Origin: Bacteroidaceae bacterium
GTDB lineage: Bacteria; Bacteroidota; Bacteroidia; Bacteroidales; Bacteroidaceae
Direction: 5' to 3'
DNA: 49,732 nucleotides
Assembly: GCA_016302435.1 (NCBI GenBank)
Contig: JAEDNQ010000001.1
Location: 1 to 49,732, forward strand
Shown: piece by piece, positions 24,896 to 34,683 of the stretch
Position numbering within the stretch: the first letter of the stretch is position 1
How the letters are laid out: every line of letters starts with the position of its first letter
The notes under the pieces: generated by a model
What the model saw: the letters and a program-made list of their open reading frames with translations, nothing else
What the model was told of the DNA's origin: nothing
The model's database searches: none
Position numbers and translations under genes: made by a program

Positions 24896-27800
24896 ATGTG
24901 GCAGGACGTCATCAGCATATTCTTTTCCGAGTCGCCATTACGGCAGAAATACCGATTCTTCTACGACACGCTCCATCGTGTCTGCATAGAGCGCACGGCA
25001 GGTCTGCCAGCCGAATACACTGACTTCTACTCCAGACTTCAGGCCACGTGTCGACTCACCTCGTGGCCGCTCCATCCCGTCGACACATTCAGATGGCGCG
25101 CCCGACAGATCTTCCGTTTCGGCATGGAGTGCGACCAGCACACCTTCCTCGTCGACACCCGAGCCTTTGTCGATGCCCTTGCCCATTTCACCGACACCCC
25201 CGTGCCCGCCAACCTCCGTGGAGTCCTGCCCGACATCTCCTCCCTGCCAGCTCCACGCCCAAAGGCAGAAAGCCAATCCAAGCGCAAGAGGATGCGCTTC
25301 GTAGTTGACAAGGTTGAAGAACCCTACATCTACGCCTCCGCCCCCGACCATCCCTCCGACACACCCTACCGCATACACTTTTGCGGCAGCACCCACGCCA
25401 TCAAGGCAGGTCAGCTCCTGCAGCCAGGCATGCGCTTCAACGCCCTCTCCTTCACCATCGACCCCGATGGTGTCTACCACCCCCTCTACATCATCGTCGA
25501 ACCCGACTACCTCATCGACACCACAGCCGTCACCTCCTGCGTCAAGTCCTGGGGCGAACACGCCTTCAATAGCCTTATAGACAAGTTCAGCCCCCACGAG
25601 CCCAACGTCTACTCCCTTCTCGGAGACTTCGCCAACCAGTTTCTCGACGATGCCATCAACCAGTCCTCCCCCGACTACCTCAGGTCGCTCCGCACCGTCT
25701 TTGCCGACCGCGCACTCGACATCTCCGCATGCGATGCCATAGACCGTCCCTTCTTCGACGAGACACGCCGACAGTACGACAATATCCTCTCCACCGTCCG
25801 CCAGATCTATGCCCAGCCCGACATGCAGAAGGCCAAGGTCAGCACCTTCATCGAACCCACCTTCTTCTGCGAAGCCCTTGGACTCCAGGGACGCATGGAC
25901 TGCCTCATATCCCTTGACGACGACAAGTCAGCACTCCTCATAGAGCTCAAGTCGGGCAAGTGGGACGAATTCCGCAGCAAAGCCAAAGAAGAGCACCTCA
26001 TGCAGATGCTCCTCTACAAAGAGATCCTCTACTACAACAAAGGCATAAAGCAGAACGATGTCATGGGCAACCTCCTCTACTCACGCTACCCCAAGCTACA
26101 GGAGCAGCGAAGCTTCCCCGACATACTCATGCGAGCCTTCACCATCCGCAACGACATCATAGCCCTCGAACTCGGACTCCTCCACGGCAAGGGACGAGAG
26201 TGGATACCAGCTCTCACGCCCGACAGCCTGAGACGCAATCCCGACTGCAACGACATGTTCTGGCATCAGTGGTGCCTGCCCTCCATACAGCCCGTCATCG
26301 AGACCCTCCAGACCATGGATCCCCTGACAGCCGAATATTTCCACACCTTCCTCCAGTTCATAGAGCGCGAACAGTTTGAAAGCAAGATGTCACAGTCGCG
26401 CCCCGACTCCACACGCTCCCTCTCATCTCTCTGGAGTGCCGATGTGGAGACAAAGAGAGACAATGGCGACATCATAGTCGACCTCCGCATAGCCGACATC
26501 CGCTACAACGACGGCGTGGAAGCCATCTGCCTCAGCCAGACCGACGAAGACTCACAGCCCAACTTCCGCATAGGCGATGCCGTCATCCTTTACCGCCGAG
26601 AAAGCCTGCAAGACTCAGCCGTCACACAACAGGTCATCCGCTGTAGCGTCGAAGCCTACGACACAGACAAGATATGGCTTGCTCTCCGCTACAGGCAGAA
26701 GAACACCGACATGCTCACCACCGACAGCTACTATGCCGTCGAGCACGACCATGTAGAGTCATCCTTCCGCAGCCTCTACTCCGGCCTCTTCTCCCTTGCA
26801 GCCTGCCAGCCCCACCGCCGACAGCTCATACTCTCACAGCGCAAGCCCGAGAAAGGCGAACTCTTCCTACTCGTCGGCCCTCCAGGCACAGGCAAGACCT
26901 CCGTCGCCCTCCGCCGCATGGTAGAGCAGCACCTTGCCGAGCAGCACAACATACTCCTCCTCTCCTACACCAACAGGGCCGTCGACGAGATATGCTCCAT
27001 GCTCGACACCATCGGCACCAATCCAGACTATGTCCGGCTCGGCCGCGAACTCTCCTGCTCACCCCAGTTCAGAGACCACCTCTTCGCCAAGCGCATAGCC
27101 GACATGCCCAAGCGCCAAGACGTCATCAACCTCGTCCAGCGCACCAGCATCTTCGTCAGCACCGTCTCCTCCATGTCAACCCACTCAGCCCTCTTCCACC
27201 TCAAGCACTTCCATGTGGCCATCTTCGACGAAGCCTCACAAATCCTTGAGCCACAGCTCCTGCCCATACTCACCAGCCCCGCCATCGACAGCTTCATCAT
27301 GATAGGCGACCACAAGCAGCTGCCAGCCGTAGTGGTGCAAGACGAAGACAAGTCAGCCGTACAGTCACCCATGCTCCACCAGATAGGACTGACCAACTGC
27401 CGCAACTCCTTCTTCGAGCGACTCTACGAGCAGAACAGAGCCAACCCCGACATCGTCTCCATGCTCGACCACCAGGGACGCATGCACCCAGCCATAGCCG
27501 ACTTCGCCTCCCAAGCCTTCTACGAGAGCCTCCTCCAGCCCGTCGGACTGCCACACCAGACAGAGCAGCTCAACCTGCCCATCTACGACCGCGACAACCA
27601 CATAGAGACCCTCGTAGCCACCAGCCGCTGCACCTTCATCAATGTGCCCCGACCAGCCGTAGAAGACCGCCTGCCCAAGGCCAACATACTCGAAGCCCGC
27701 ATGATAGCCCAGATTGTCAAGGCCGTCGTCAGCGTCTACGGCCAAAACAGCAAAGAACTCAACCTCGCCAAGGCACTCGGCATCATCGTCCCCTTCCGCC

Positions 27801-28147
27801 GACAGATCACCACTGTCCGCACCGAGATAGCCAACCTCGCCGCCGACGGACAGCTCGGACCGCAATACACAGCCTCCATCGCCAATGACATGCTCATCGA
27901 CACCGTCGAACGCTACCAGGGCTCACAGCGCGACATCATCATCTACGGCACCACCATCACACAGTCATACGAACTCGACAACCTCTCCAACCTCGTCCGC
28001 ATAGCGTCCACCTCCGTCGACCGCAAACTCAACGTGGCCGTCACCCGAGCACGCAAGCAGATGTTCATCCTCGGCAACGAACAGCTCCTCTCAGCCAATC
28101 CTGTCTACAAACGACTCATCGAGTACTGCAAGAAATGCAAACAGTAG
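24896..28147 (+). CDS. Fusion of a PD-(D/E)xK nuclease and a Dna2/Upf1-type SF1 helicase (Dna2/Nhi-like), 1083 aa
   Basis: RecB/Cas4-type nuclease motifs are D335 (GRMDCL), E350-L-K352 (LIELKSGK) and Q370-x3-Y374 (QMLLY). A beta-barrel-like middle region follows. The SF1B helicase motifs are GPPGTGKT (about aa 661), FDEASQ, MIGDHKQLPAVV, QGRMHP, ERYQGSQRD and LNVAVTRARK. The first 200 aa or so match nothing I recognise. Confidence 0.8.
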   Translation: MWQDVISIFFSESPLRQKYRFFYDTLHRVCIERTAGLPAEYTDFYSRLQATCRLTSWPLHPVDTFRWRARQIFRFGMECDQHTFLVDTRAFVDALAHFTDTPVPANLRGVLPDISSLPAPRPKAESQSKRKRMRFVVDKVEEPYIYASAPDHPSDTPYRIHFCGSTHAIKAGQLLQPGMRFNALSFTIDPDGVYHPLYIIVEPDYLIDTTAVTSCVKSWGEHAFNSLIDKFSPHEPNVYSLLGDFANQFLDDAINQSSPDYLRSLRTVFADRALDISACDAIDRPFFDETRRQYDNILSTVRQIYAQPDMQKAKVSTFIEPTFFCEALGLQGRMDCLISLDDDKSALLIELKSGKWDEFRSKAKEEHLMQMLLYKEILYYNKGIKQNDVMGNLLYSRYPKLQEQRSFPDILMRAFTIRNDIIALELGLLHGKGREWIPALTPDSLRRNPDCNDMFWHQWCLPSIQPVIETLQTMDPLTAEYFHTFLQFIEREQFESKMSQSRPDSTRSLSSLWSADVETKRDNGDIIVDLRIADIRYNDGVEAICLSQTDEDSQPNFRIGDAVILYRRESLQDSAVTQQVIRCSVEAYDTDKIWLALRYRQKNTDMLTTDSYYAVEHDHVESSFRSLYSGLFSLAACQPHRRQLILSQRKPEKGELFLLVGPPGTGKTSVALRRMVEQHLAEQHNILLLSYTNRAVDEICSMLDTIGTNPDYVRLGRELSCSPQFRDHLFAKRIADMPKRQDVINLVQRTSIFVSTVSSMSTHSALFHLKHFHVAIFDEASQILEPQLLPILTSPAIDSFIMIGDHKQLPAVVVQDEDKSAVQSPMLHQIGLTNCRNSFFERLYEQNRANPDIVSMLDHQGRMHPAIADFASQAFYESLLQPVGLPHQTEQLNLPIYDRDNHIETLVATSRCTFINVPRPAVEDRLPKANILEARMIAQIVKAVVSVYGQNSKELNLAKALGIIVPFRRQITTVRTEIANLAADGQLGPQYTASIANDMLIDTVERYQGSQRDIIIYGTTITQSYELDNLSNLVRIASTSVDRKLNVAVTRARKQMFILGNEQLLSANPVYKRLIEYCKKCKQ

Positions 28148-28231
28148 ATGCCAATACGTCATTAATCGCCTATTTGTCTTTCTTCCGAGAAAAAAAACTC
28201 ACCCGATGAAGCGTAATTAAAGATTAATTCG

Positions 28232-28239
28232 TAAATTTG
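28232..28239 (+). promoter_or_regulatory. Candidate -7 box (TAAATTTG)
   Basis: 58 nt upstream of the response-regulator ATG at 28297. Confidence 0.4.
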
Positions 28240-28296
28240 CCGAGAATATGAATACCTCATTTTTTACACCTCCCCCAATAACAGAATACCTCACTG

Positions 28297-29013
28297 ATGA
28301 AAGAGTTTAAAGTTATAATAGTCGAAGATGTAGCCCTCGAGATGAAGGGCACACTCGAAATTTTTCGTTCCGAGATACCCGAAGCCCAGATTATAGGCAC
28401 AGCCATGGACGAAACCGAACTCTGGAAACTCCTCCGCGATGACCAGCCAGACCTCGTCCTGCTCGACCTTGGCCTTGGCGGCTCAACCACAGCAGGAGTC
28501 GACGTGTGCAAGCAGCTGCGCCGACGCTACCCCGGTGTCCATGTCCTCATCTTCACAGGAGAAGTCCTCAACGAGAAGCTATGGGTCGATGCCCTTGATG
28601 CAGGAGCTGACGGCATCATACTCAAGAGCGGCGAACTCCTCACCCGTGGCGACGTGCAGAGCGTCCTCGACGGCAAGCGCATGGTCTTCAACCAGCCAGT
28701 CCTCGAAAAGATGCTCCAGCGTTTCCGCAACTCCGTCCTCCAAGACACCATGAGACAAGACTCGCTCATCGACTACGACATCGACGAATACGACGAGCGC
28801 TTCCTCCGCCATCTTGCCCTCGGATATACCAAAGACATGATAGCCAGCCTAAAGGGCATGCCCTTCGGCGTCAAGTCCATTGAGAAACGCCAGAACGACC
28901 TCGTCAAGCGACTCTTCGGCGAAGACCAAACAGGCATCAACGCCACACGCCTCGTCACCAGAGCATTCGAACTGCGCATACTCGACATCGACCACCTCGT
29001 GCCCGACGAGTAG
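28297..29013 (+). CDS. NarL/FixJ(LuxR)-type response regulator, orphan
   Basis: The receiver domain has an intact acidic pocket (IIVEDV), phospho-acceptor Asp (VLLDLGL), Thr (LIFTGE) and Lys (IILKS). The C-terminal GerE/LuxR-like HTH reads ERFLRHLALGYTKDMIA...VKSIEKRQNDLVKRL. Confidence 0.75.
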   Translation: MKEFKVIIVEDVALEMKGTLEIFRSEIPEAQIIGTAMDETELWKLLRDDQPDLVLLDLGLGGSTTAGVDVCKQLRRRYPGVHVLIFTGEVLNEKLWVDALDAGADGIILKSGELLTRGDVQSVLDGKRMVFNQPVLEKMLQRFRNSVLQDTMRQDSLIDYDIDEYDERFLRHLALGYTKDMIASLKGMPFGVKSIEKRQNDLVKRLFGEDQTGINATRLVTRAFELRILDIDHLVPDE

Positions 29014-29027
29014 GATGCAAACACCAA

Positions 29028-29134
29028 CCCTTCAAACCCTTCAAACCCCTCAAACATTTCAAACTGTTTTACCCCTTATCCCCTTAGACTTTTAACCCTT
29101 TAACCCTATTAACCCTTTAACCCCTAATAACCCC
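29028..29134. repeat. Low-complexity short tandem repeats (9-bp CCCTTCAAA x4, then 8-10-bp TTAACCC(T/C) x5)
   Basis: CCCTTCAAA / CCCTTCAAA / CCCCTCAAA / CATTTCAAA at 29028-29063. TTAACCCT / TTAACCCT / ATTAACCCT / TTAACCCC / TAATAACCCC at 29092-29134. Confidence 0.85.
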
Positions 29135-29146
29135 TTCCTCCCATCT

Positions 29147-29860
29147 GTGCCTGCCCTCCATCGAGTCATACTCACCACGCTAAAAGCCTACTTTGGGCTT
29201 ATAGCCATCCTGCTTGCCCTCCTGCCCATAGTGTCATGGATAGCAAGCATATACCATAGTGACATCAACGGGCTCCTCTCCCCGGCAGGCATCAGGTGGA
29301 TGTTCAGCAGCGTCGTCGACAACTTTGCCGACGTACCCTTAGCCCATATACTCACAGGCCTCGTCACCCTCAGCATCCTCCACACTTCGGGAGTGCTCTC
29401 CGCCTTCACCCGCCGCCCATCCCTCAAACAGCGTCGCGCCGCACTCATCACCCTCACCGCGGCCGTCGCCCTTCTCATACTTTTTTCCCTGCTGCTCATC
29501 CTCCCTCATGCCGTCCTCCTCAGCGCCTTCGGCACAATCAGCCATTCAGCCCTCGCCCACGGATGGTACGGCCTGCTCGCACTCTACCTCATCGTCATCA
29601 GCAACATCTACGCCTACACCTCAGGTAGGCTATATACCCTCGCCGACTTCCTGCAGGCACACACATCCCTTATACGTTCCATTAGCCCATACTTCATCCT
29701 CCTCTTCCTCTCCAGCCAGCTCGTCGCATGCCTCGACTACACAGCCCTGCTCACCTTCCTCGGCATGCCATCCCACGTGCAGGCCCTTCTTACATATATC
29801 CTTTACTACCTCCCTCTCGTCCTCTATCTTTCCGTTTCACACAAACAACACAATCAGTAA
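29147..29860 (+). CDS. Hypothetical polytopic membrane protein (about 6 TM)
   Basis: Six hydrophobic helices. The ORF starts at a GTG in the track, so the start is uncertain. It ends 4 nt before ligA. Confidence 0.45.
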   Translation: MPALHRVILTTLKAYFGLIAILLALLPIVSWIASIYHSDINGLLSPAGIRWMFSSVVDNFADVPLAHILTGLVTLSILHTSGVLSAFTRRPSLKQRRAALITLTAAVALLILFSLLLILPHAVLLSAFGTISHSALAHGWYGLLALYLIVISNIYAYTSGRLYTLADFLQAHTSLIRSISPYFILLFLSSQLVACLDYTALLTFLGMPSHVQALLTYILYYLPLVLYLSVSHKQHNQ

Positions 29861-29863
29861 GCC

Positions 29864-31882
29864 ATGACACCCGAAGAACAAATACGCCAACTCACAAAAG
29901 AGATAAACCAGCACAACTACAACTACTACGTGCTCAACCAGCCCACCATCTCCGACTACGACTTTGACCAGCTGATGAGTCAGCTACAGACCCTCGAACT
30001 CTTCTATCCTCAGTTCGCCGACCCCAACTCACCCACACAACGCGTTGGCAGCGACCTCACACAGACCTTCCAGGCCGTAGAACACAAGTACCCCATGCTC
30101 TCACTCGCCAACACCTACAACGAGCAAGACGTCAGAGACTTCTACAGCCGTGTCAGCGAAGGACTCGGAGGCGAACCATTCGAGATATGCGCCGAGATGA
30201 AATACGACGGGCTGAGCATCTCCCTCACCTATGTCGACGGCCGACTCCAGAAGGCCGTCACACGTGGCGACGGAGTCAGAGGCGACGATGTCACAGCCAA
30301 TGTGCGCACCATCCGCTCCATCCCCCTCGTCCTCAACGAAGGCACAGGCTATCCACGCGAGTTTGAGATAAGAGGAGAGATTCTCATGCCCTGGTCCTCC
30401 TTCGACAAACTCAACCAGGAGCGCGCCGAGCGAGAAGAACCCCTCTTTGCCAATCCGCGCAATGCAGCCAGCGGCACACTGAAGTCACAAAACTCCAAGG
30501 TCGTAGCGCAGCGAGGACTCGACGCCTACCTCTACTATCTCCTCCTCGACGACATGCCAGCCGATGCCTGCCACTACGAGATGCTCCAGCAGGCAGCCAC
30601 ATGGGGCTTCAAAATCTCACAGGGCATGAAGAAGTGCCAATCCGTCGATGATGTCCTCGCCTTCATCAACTACTGGGACACAGAGCGCAAAAACCTCCCC
30701 GTAGCCACCGACGGCATAGTCCTCAAAGTCAACTCTGTCCGACAGCAGAAACATCTCGGCTACACAGCCAAGAGCCCCCGATGGGCAATAGCCTACAAGT
30801 TCAAGACCGAGAGAGCATGCACACGCCTCAATGAGGTCACCTACCAGGTAGGACGCACTGGAGCCATCACACCCGTCGCCAATATGGACCCAGTCCTTTT
30901 GGCCGGCACCATCGTCAAGCGCGCCTCCCTCCACAATGCCGACGTCATCAGCCAGCTCGACCTCCATCTTGGCGACATGGTCTACGTGGAGAAGGGGGGA
31001 GAAATCATACCCAAAGTTGTCGGAGTCGATACAATCCAGCGCACCGAAGGCATGCAAAAGGTGGAATTTATCAAGACATGCCCCGAGTGCGGCACACCCC
31101 TCGTTCGCTTCGAAGGCGAGGCAGCCCATTTCTGCCCCAACGATACAGCCTGCCCACCACAGATAAAAGGGCGCATCGAACACTTCATCTCGCGCAAGGC
31201 CATGAACATCGACAGCCTCGGACCCGAAACAGTCGACGACTACTACCAGCGCGGACTCATCCACGATGTAGCCGACCTCTACCTCCTCACCGTCCAAGAC
31301 ATCTGCGGAGCCAACACAGGCCGCATCAAGTCTGCCCAGAAAGTAGTGGACGGAGTGCGGAAGACATTGTCCGTACCCTTCGAGCGCGTCGTCTTCGCCA
31401 TCGGCATCCGGTTCGTAGGCGAGACAACAGCCAAACTCATAGCCCGCCATTTCAAGACCATGGAAGCCCTTCGCCATGCCACCCTCGAAGAACTCATGAG
31501 CGTAGACGGGGTAGGGCAGGTCATAGCCGAGTCTGTCATCAAATATTTTGCCAACCCCATCAACGCCTCCATTGTCAACAGACTCGCCACATACGGAGTG
31601 CAGATGCAGCTATCCGCCGAGCAGCTCTCCGACCGTTCCGACAAGCTGGCAGGCAAGAGCATCGTCATCTCTGGCGTCTTTGCCCTCCACTCTCGCGACG
31701 AATACAAATCCATGATAGAAAACAACGGAGGCAAGAATGTTGGCAGCATATCAAAGAAGACATCCTTCATCCTTGCAGGCGACAACATTGGTCCCTCCAA
31801 GCTCGAAAAGGCACAGTCGCTTGGCATACCATTGGTAAGCGAACAAGAGTTCCTTGCTATGATAGAGCAGGAAGAAAAGTAG
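29864..31882 (+). CDS. ligA: NAD-dependent DNA ligase
   Basis: Adenylation motif [10 protein letters not shown] fold, Zn finger (CPECGTPL...FCPN..CP), HhH repeats and a C-terminal BRCT domain. 672 aa. Confidence 0.95.
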   Translation: MTPEEQIRQLTKEINQHNYNYYVLNQPTISDYDFDQLMSQLQTLELFYPQFADPNSPTQRVGSDLTQTFQAVEHKYPMLSLANTYNEQDVRDFYSRVSEGLGGEPFEICAEMKYDGLSISLTYVDGRLQKAVTRGDGVRGDDVTANVRTIRSIPLVLNEGTGYPREFEIRGEILMPWSSFDKLNQERAEREEPLFANPRNAASGTLKSQNSKVVAQRGLDAYLYYLLLDDMPADACHYEMLQQAATWGFKISQGMKKCQSVDDVLAFINYWDTERKNLPVATDGIVLKVNSVRQQKHLGYTAKSPRWAIAYKFKTERACTRLNEVTYQVGRTGAITPVANMDPVLLAGTIVKRASLHNADVISQLDLHLGDMVYVEKGGEIIPKVVGVDTIQRTEGMQKVEFIKTCPECGTPLVRFEGEAAHFCPNDTACPPQIKGRIEHFISRKAMNIDSLGPETVDDYYQRGLIHDVADLYLLTVQDICGANTGRIKSAQKVVDGVRKTLSVPFERVVFAIGIRFVGETTAKLIARHFKTMEALRHATLEELMSVDGVGQVIAESVIKYFANPINASIVNRLATYGVQMQLSAEQLSDRSDKLAGKSIVISGVFALHSRDEYKSMIENNGGKNVGSISKKTSFILAGDNIGPSKLEKAQSLGIPLVSEQEFLAMIEQEEK

Positions 31883-31984
31883 GCATGCATATAAGACATG
31901 AATATTTATTTGGGCATGCTTAGTAGAGACGCATAGTAGGCATACCTGATCAGCATGTTTATCGCCATGCAGGCTCATAAAAGC

Positions 31985-32020
31985 ACCGGTGCCCCACTCA
32001 CTGAAGAGCGGGGCACTGGT
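31985..32020 (-). terminator. Terminator after fcl
   Basis: 11-bp stem ACCGGTGCCCC / GGGGCACTGGT (one G-U pair) with a 14-nt loop. A T-rich run follows on the minus strand (complement of cataaaag). Confidence 0.5.
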
Positions 32021-32030
32021 AAAAGGTGGA

Positions 32031-33227
32031 TTATCCTTGCTTGTGGTTGATACATATTCCTTTCAGATACCACTCGTAGAGTTTGTGGACGCCATCCTCA
32101 ATCTCTATGGTGTGGTGCCATCCGAGGCGGTGGAGCTTGCTTACATCTGTCAGCTTCTTCATTGTGCCGTCCGGCTTGGTGGCATCCCATCTGAGTTCGC
32201 CCTTGAAGCCTATCTCGGCAACAATCTTCTCAGCTACCTCCTTGATGGAAATCTCCTTGCCTGTACCCACGTTGATGTGGCAGTTGCGTATTTCCTTTAT
32301 GCCGTCGCGGTTGCAGGTGAAGTCGCTGCTTTCGACAACGTCCTTGAAGTCCACGTTGAGGAGGCAGTGGACGGATGCGTCGGCCATCTCCTCGCTCCAG
32401 AGGAACTCGCGCATGGGAGCACCTGTGCCCCAGAGAGTGACAGCTTCAGGAGTGATGCCGTAGTGGCGGAGCACCTGAAGGATAGTGACCTCATCGCTCA
32501 TGGCTGTGGCCATGATAGTCTGTGAAGCTTGACGCAGTGTCTCGTCAGGCTCGCCCTGTCCGTCGACCATCTTTGGCATCTTCATTGAGACGGGGCGCAG
32601 ACCGAGGTCTTTGCGCACAGCCTCCCAGTTACCCTCGTTGAGACACTTGGCAAGGTGTATCTTGCGTATCATGGCAGGGAGGACATGAGAGTTTTCGAGG
32701 TGGAAGTTGTCATTCGGTCCGTAGAGGTTGGTCGGCATGACAGCTATATAGTTGGTGCCGTACTGGAGATTGAAGGATTCGCACATCTTCAGACCAGCTA
32801 TCTTAGCTATGGCATAGGGCTCGTTTGTGTATTCGAGAGGAGATGTCAGCAAACAGTCTTCGGGCATGGGCTGGGGAGCATCGCCAGGGTAGATGCATGT
32901 AGAGCCGAGGAAGAGCAGTTTCTTCACCCCGTGTTTCCATGCTTCGCCGATGACGTTCTGCTGTATCTGCAGATTCTGATAGATGAAGTCAGCGCGATAC
33001 TGGAGGTTTGCCATGATGCCACCGACGTGGGCTGCTGCCAGCACTACCGCATCGGGCTGTTCGGCATCGAAGAATGCCTTGACGGCGACGGGGTCGAGAA
33101 GGTCGAGCTCAGAGTGTGACTTGCCCACAAGGTTTTCATAGCCACGAGCTTTGAGGTTGTTCCAGATGGCTGAGCCGACGAGTCCGTGGTGGCCTGCAAC
33201 GAATATTTTTGATTCTTTTGATAACAT
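32031..33227 (-). CDS. fcl: GDP-L-fucose synthase (with internal insertions)
   Basis: IFVAGHHGLVGSA Rossmann motif, LGSTCIYP, NEPYAIAKIAG, MPTNLYGPNDNF, LWGTGAPMREFL, INVGTG. 398 aa. Confidence 0.85.
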   Translation of the reverse strand: MLSKESKIFVAGHHGLVGSAIWNNLKARGYENLVGKSHSELDLLDPVAVKAFFDAEQPDAVVLAAAHVGGIMANLQYRADFIYQNLQIQQNVIGEAWKHGVKKLLFLGSTCIYPGDAPQPMPEDCLLTSPLEYTNEPYAIAKIAGLKMCESFNLQYGTNYIAVMPTNLYGPNDNFHLENSHVLPAMIRKIHLAKCLNEGNWEAVRKDLGLRPVSMKMPKMVDGQGEPDETLRQASQTIMATAMSDEVTILQVLRHYGITPEAVTLWGTGAPMREFLWSEEMADASVHCLLNVDFKDVVESSDFTCNRDGIKEIRNCHINVGTGKEISIKEVAEKIVAEIGFKGELRWDATKPDGTMKKLTDVSKLHRLGWHHTIEIEDGVHKLYEWYLKGICINHKQG

Positions 33228-33255
33228 GGTGGTTTTATTGATGATGTTTTGGAAA

Positions 33256-33318
33256 CTATAGAAGCTATAGGAACTATAGGAGCTATAGAGGCTATAGAAA
33301 CTATAGAGGCTATTTCAG
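33256..33318. repeat. 9-bp tandem repeat x7 (CTATAGRRR)
   Basis: CTATAGAAG CTATAGGAA CTATAGGAG CTATAGAGG CTATAGAAA CTATAGAGG CTATTTCAG. The next in-phase unit, CTAAGACTA, ends with the gmd stop codon. Confidence 0.9.
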
Positions 33319-33324
33319 CTAAGA

Positions 33325-34434
33325 CTACTTTACCACACCCTTTTCGAGATACTCAGCGAGGTTTGTGCGCATGACAGATGCCACGTGGTCGGCTGCAACC
33401 TTCTCCATGTCGTGCTTGACCATGATAGAGACGAGCTGCTCGAACGATGTGGACTGTGGATTCCATCCGAGTTTCTCCTTTGCCTTTGTTGGGTCTCCCC
33501 AGAGGTTTACCACGTCGGTTGGGCGGTAGAAGTCTTCAGACACCTCTACGAGGGTCTTGCCGACAAGTTCTTTAGGACCAGCCACACATATGCCTTTCTC
33601 GTCCATACCTTCGCCTTCGAACTTCAGTTCGATGCCTGCAGCCTTGAAGGCGTAGTAGGCAAACTCACGCACAGAGTGCTGCACTCCTGTGGCTATGACG
33701 AAGTCTTCTGGCTTCTCCTGCTGGAGGATGAGCCACATGCACTCCACATAGTCCTTGGCATATCCCCAGTCGCGGAGAGAGGACAGATTGCCAAGGTATA
33801 ACTTATCTTGCTTGCCCTGGGCTATGCGTGCGGCAGCGAGTGTTATCTTACGTGTGACGAATGTTTCGCCGCGGCGCTCAGACTCGTGGTTGAAAAGAAT
33901 GCCAGAGCAGCAGTACATGTTGTATGCCTCGCGGTATTCTTTGACAATCCAGAATCCGTAGAGCTTGGCTACGGCGTATGGTGAGTAGGGGTGGAATGGG
34001 GTGTTCTCGTTCTGAGGCACTTCTTCCACCTTGCCGTAGAGCTCCGATGTGGATGCCTGATAGATGCGGCATGAGTCGGCGAGACCGCAGAGTCTGACAG
34101 CTTCGAGCACACGGAGCACTCCCACTGCGTCTACGTCTGCTGTGAACTCAGGAGAGTCGAAGCTCACCTGCACGTGCGACTGTGCTGCAAGATTGTATAT
34201 CTCTGTTGGCCTCACCTTGCTGACAACCTGAAGCATTGACATAGAGTCACCGAGGTCGGCATAGTGGAGGTGGAAGTTGGGCGTACCCTCAAGATGAGCT
34301 ATGCGCTCGCGATAGTCTACTGAGGAGCGGCGGATGGTGCCGTGTACTTCATAACCTTTTGCAAGAAGGAATTCAGACAGGTATGAGCCGTCCTGACCGG
34401 TGATACCTGTGATAAGAGCAACTTTTCTTTCCAT
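33325..34434 (-). CDS. gmd: GDP-mannose 4,6-dehydratase
   Basis: [42 protein letters not shown] motifs. Confidence 0.9.
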   Translation of the reverse strand: MERKVALITGITGQDGSYLSEFLLAKGYEVHGTIRRSSVDYRERIAHLEGTPNFHLHYADLGDSMSMLQVVSKVRPTEIYNLAAQSHVQVSFDSPEFTADVDAVGVLRVLEAVRLCGLADSCRIYQASTSELYGKVEEVPQNENTPFHPYSPYAVAKLYGFWIVKEYREAYNMYCCSGILFNHESERRGETFVTRKITLAAARIAQGKQDKLYLGNLSSLRDWGYAKDYVECMWLILQQEKPEDFVIATGVQHSVREFAYYAFKAAGIELKFEGEGMDEKGICVAGPKELVGKTLVEVSEDFYRPTDVVNLWGDPTKAKEKLGWNPQSTSFEQLVSIMVKHDMEKVAADHVASVMRTNLAEYLEKGVVK

Positions 34435-34576
34435 GCAATTGAATTAATTTTTTTTGTATGAATAATTTTTGTGCTTTGTTTTGTAAAACGATAAAGAGTT
34501 TTGATTATAAGCAATTGAGTCTATTTTTAATAGCACTAACAGTACTGAATAGGCACAATGCTTTTCTTTTACGGTA

Positions 34577-34584
34577 CAAAGGTA
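34577..34584 (-). promoter_or_regulatory. Candidate -7 box (TACCTTTG) for gmd-fcl
   Basis: CAAAGGTA on the plus strand, about 145 nt upstream of the gmd start. Confidence 0.35.
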
Positions 34585-34683
34585 GTAAAAATAAGGATGA
34601 CAACCACCATAAAATGATGATTAAATGATGTTTGCACATAAAAATACCTACCAATTGGTATTGTTTGATTCCCAGAAACGTCG

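Noticed and set aside
29092-29134. TTAACCC repeats as telomere-like (CCCTAA-type) sequence.
   Set aside because: The unit length is 8-10 bp, not 6-7. The repeats are internal to a bacterial gene-dense region, and the resemblance is superficial.
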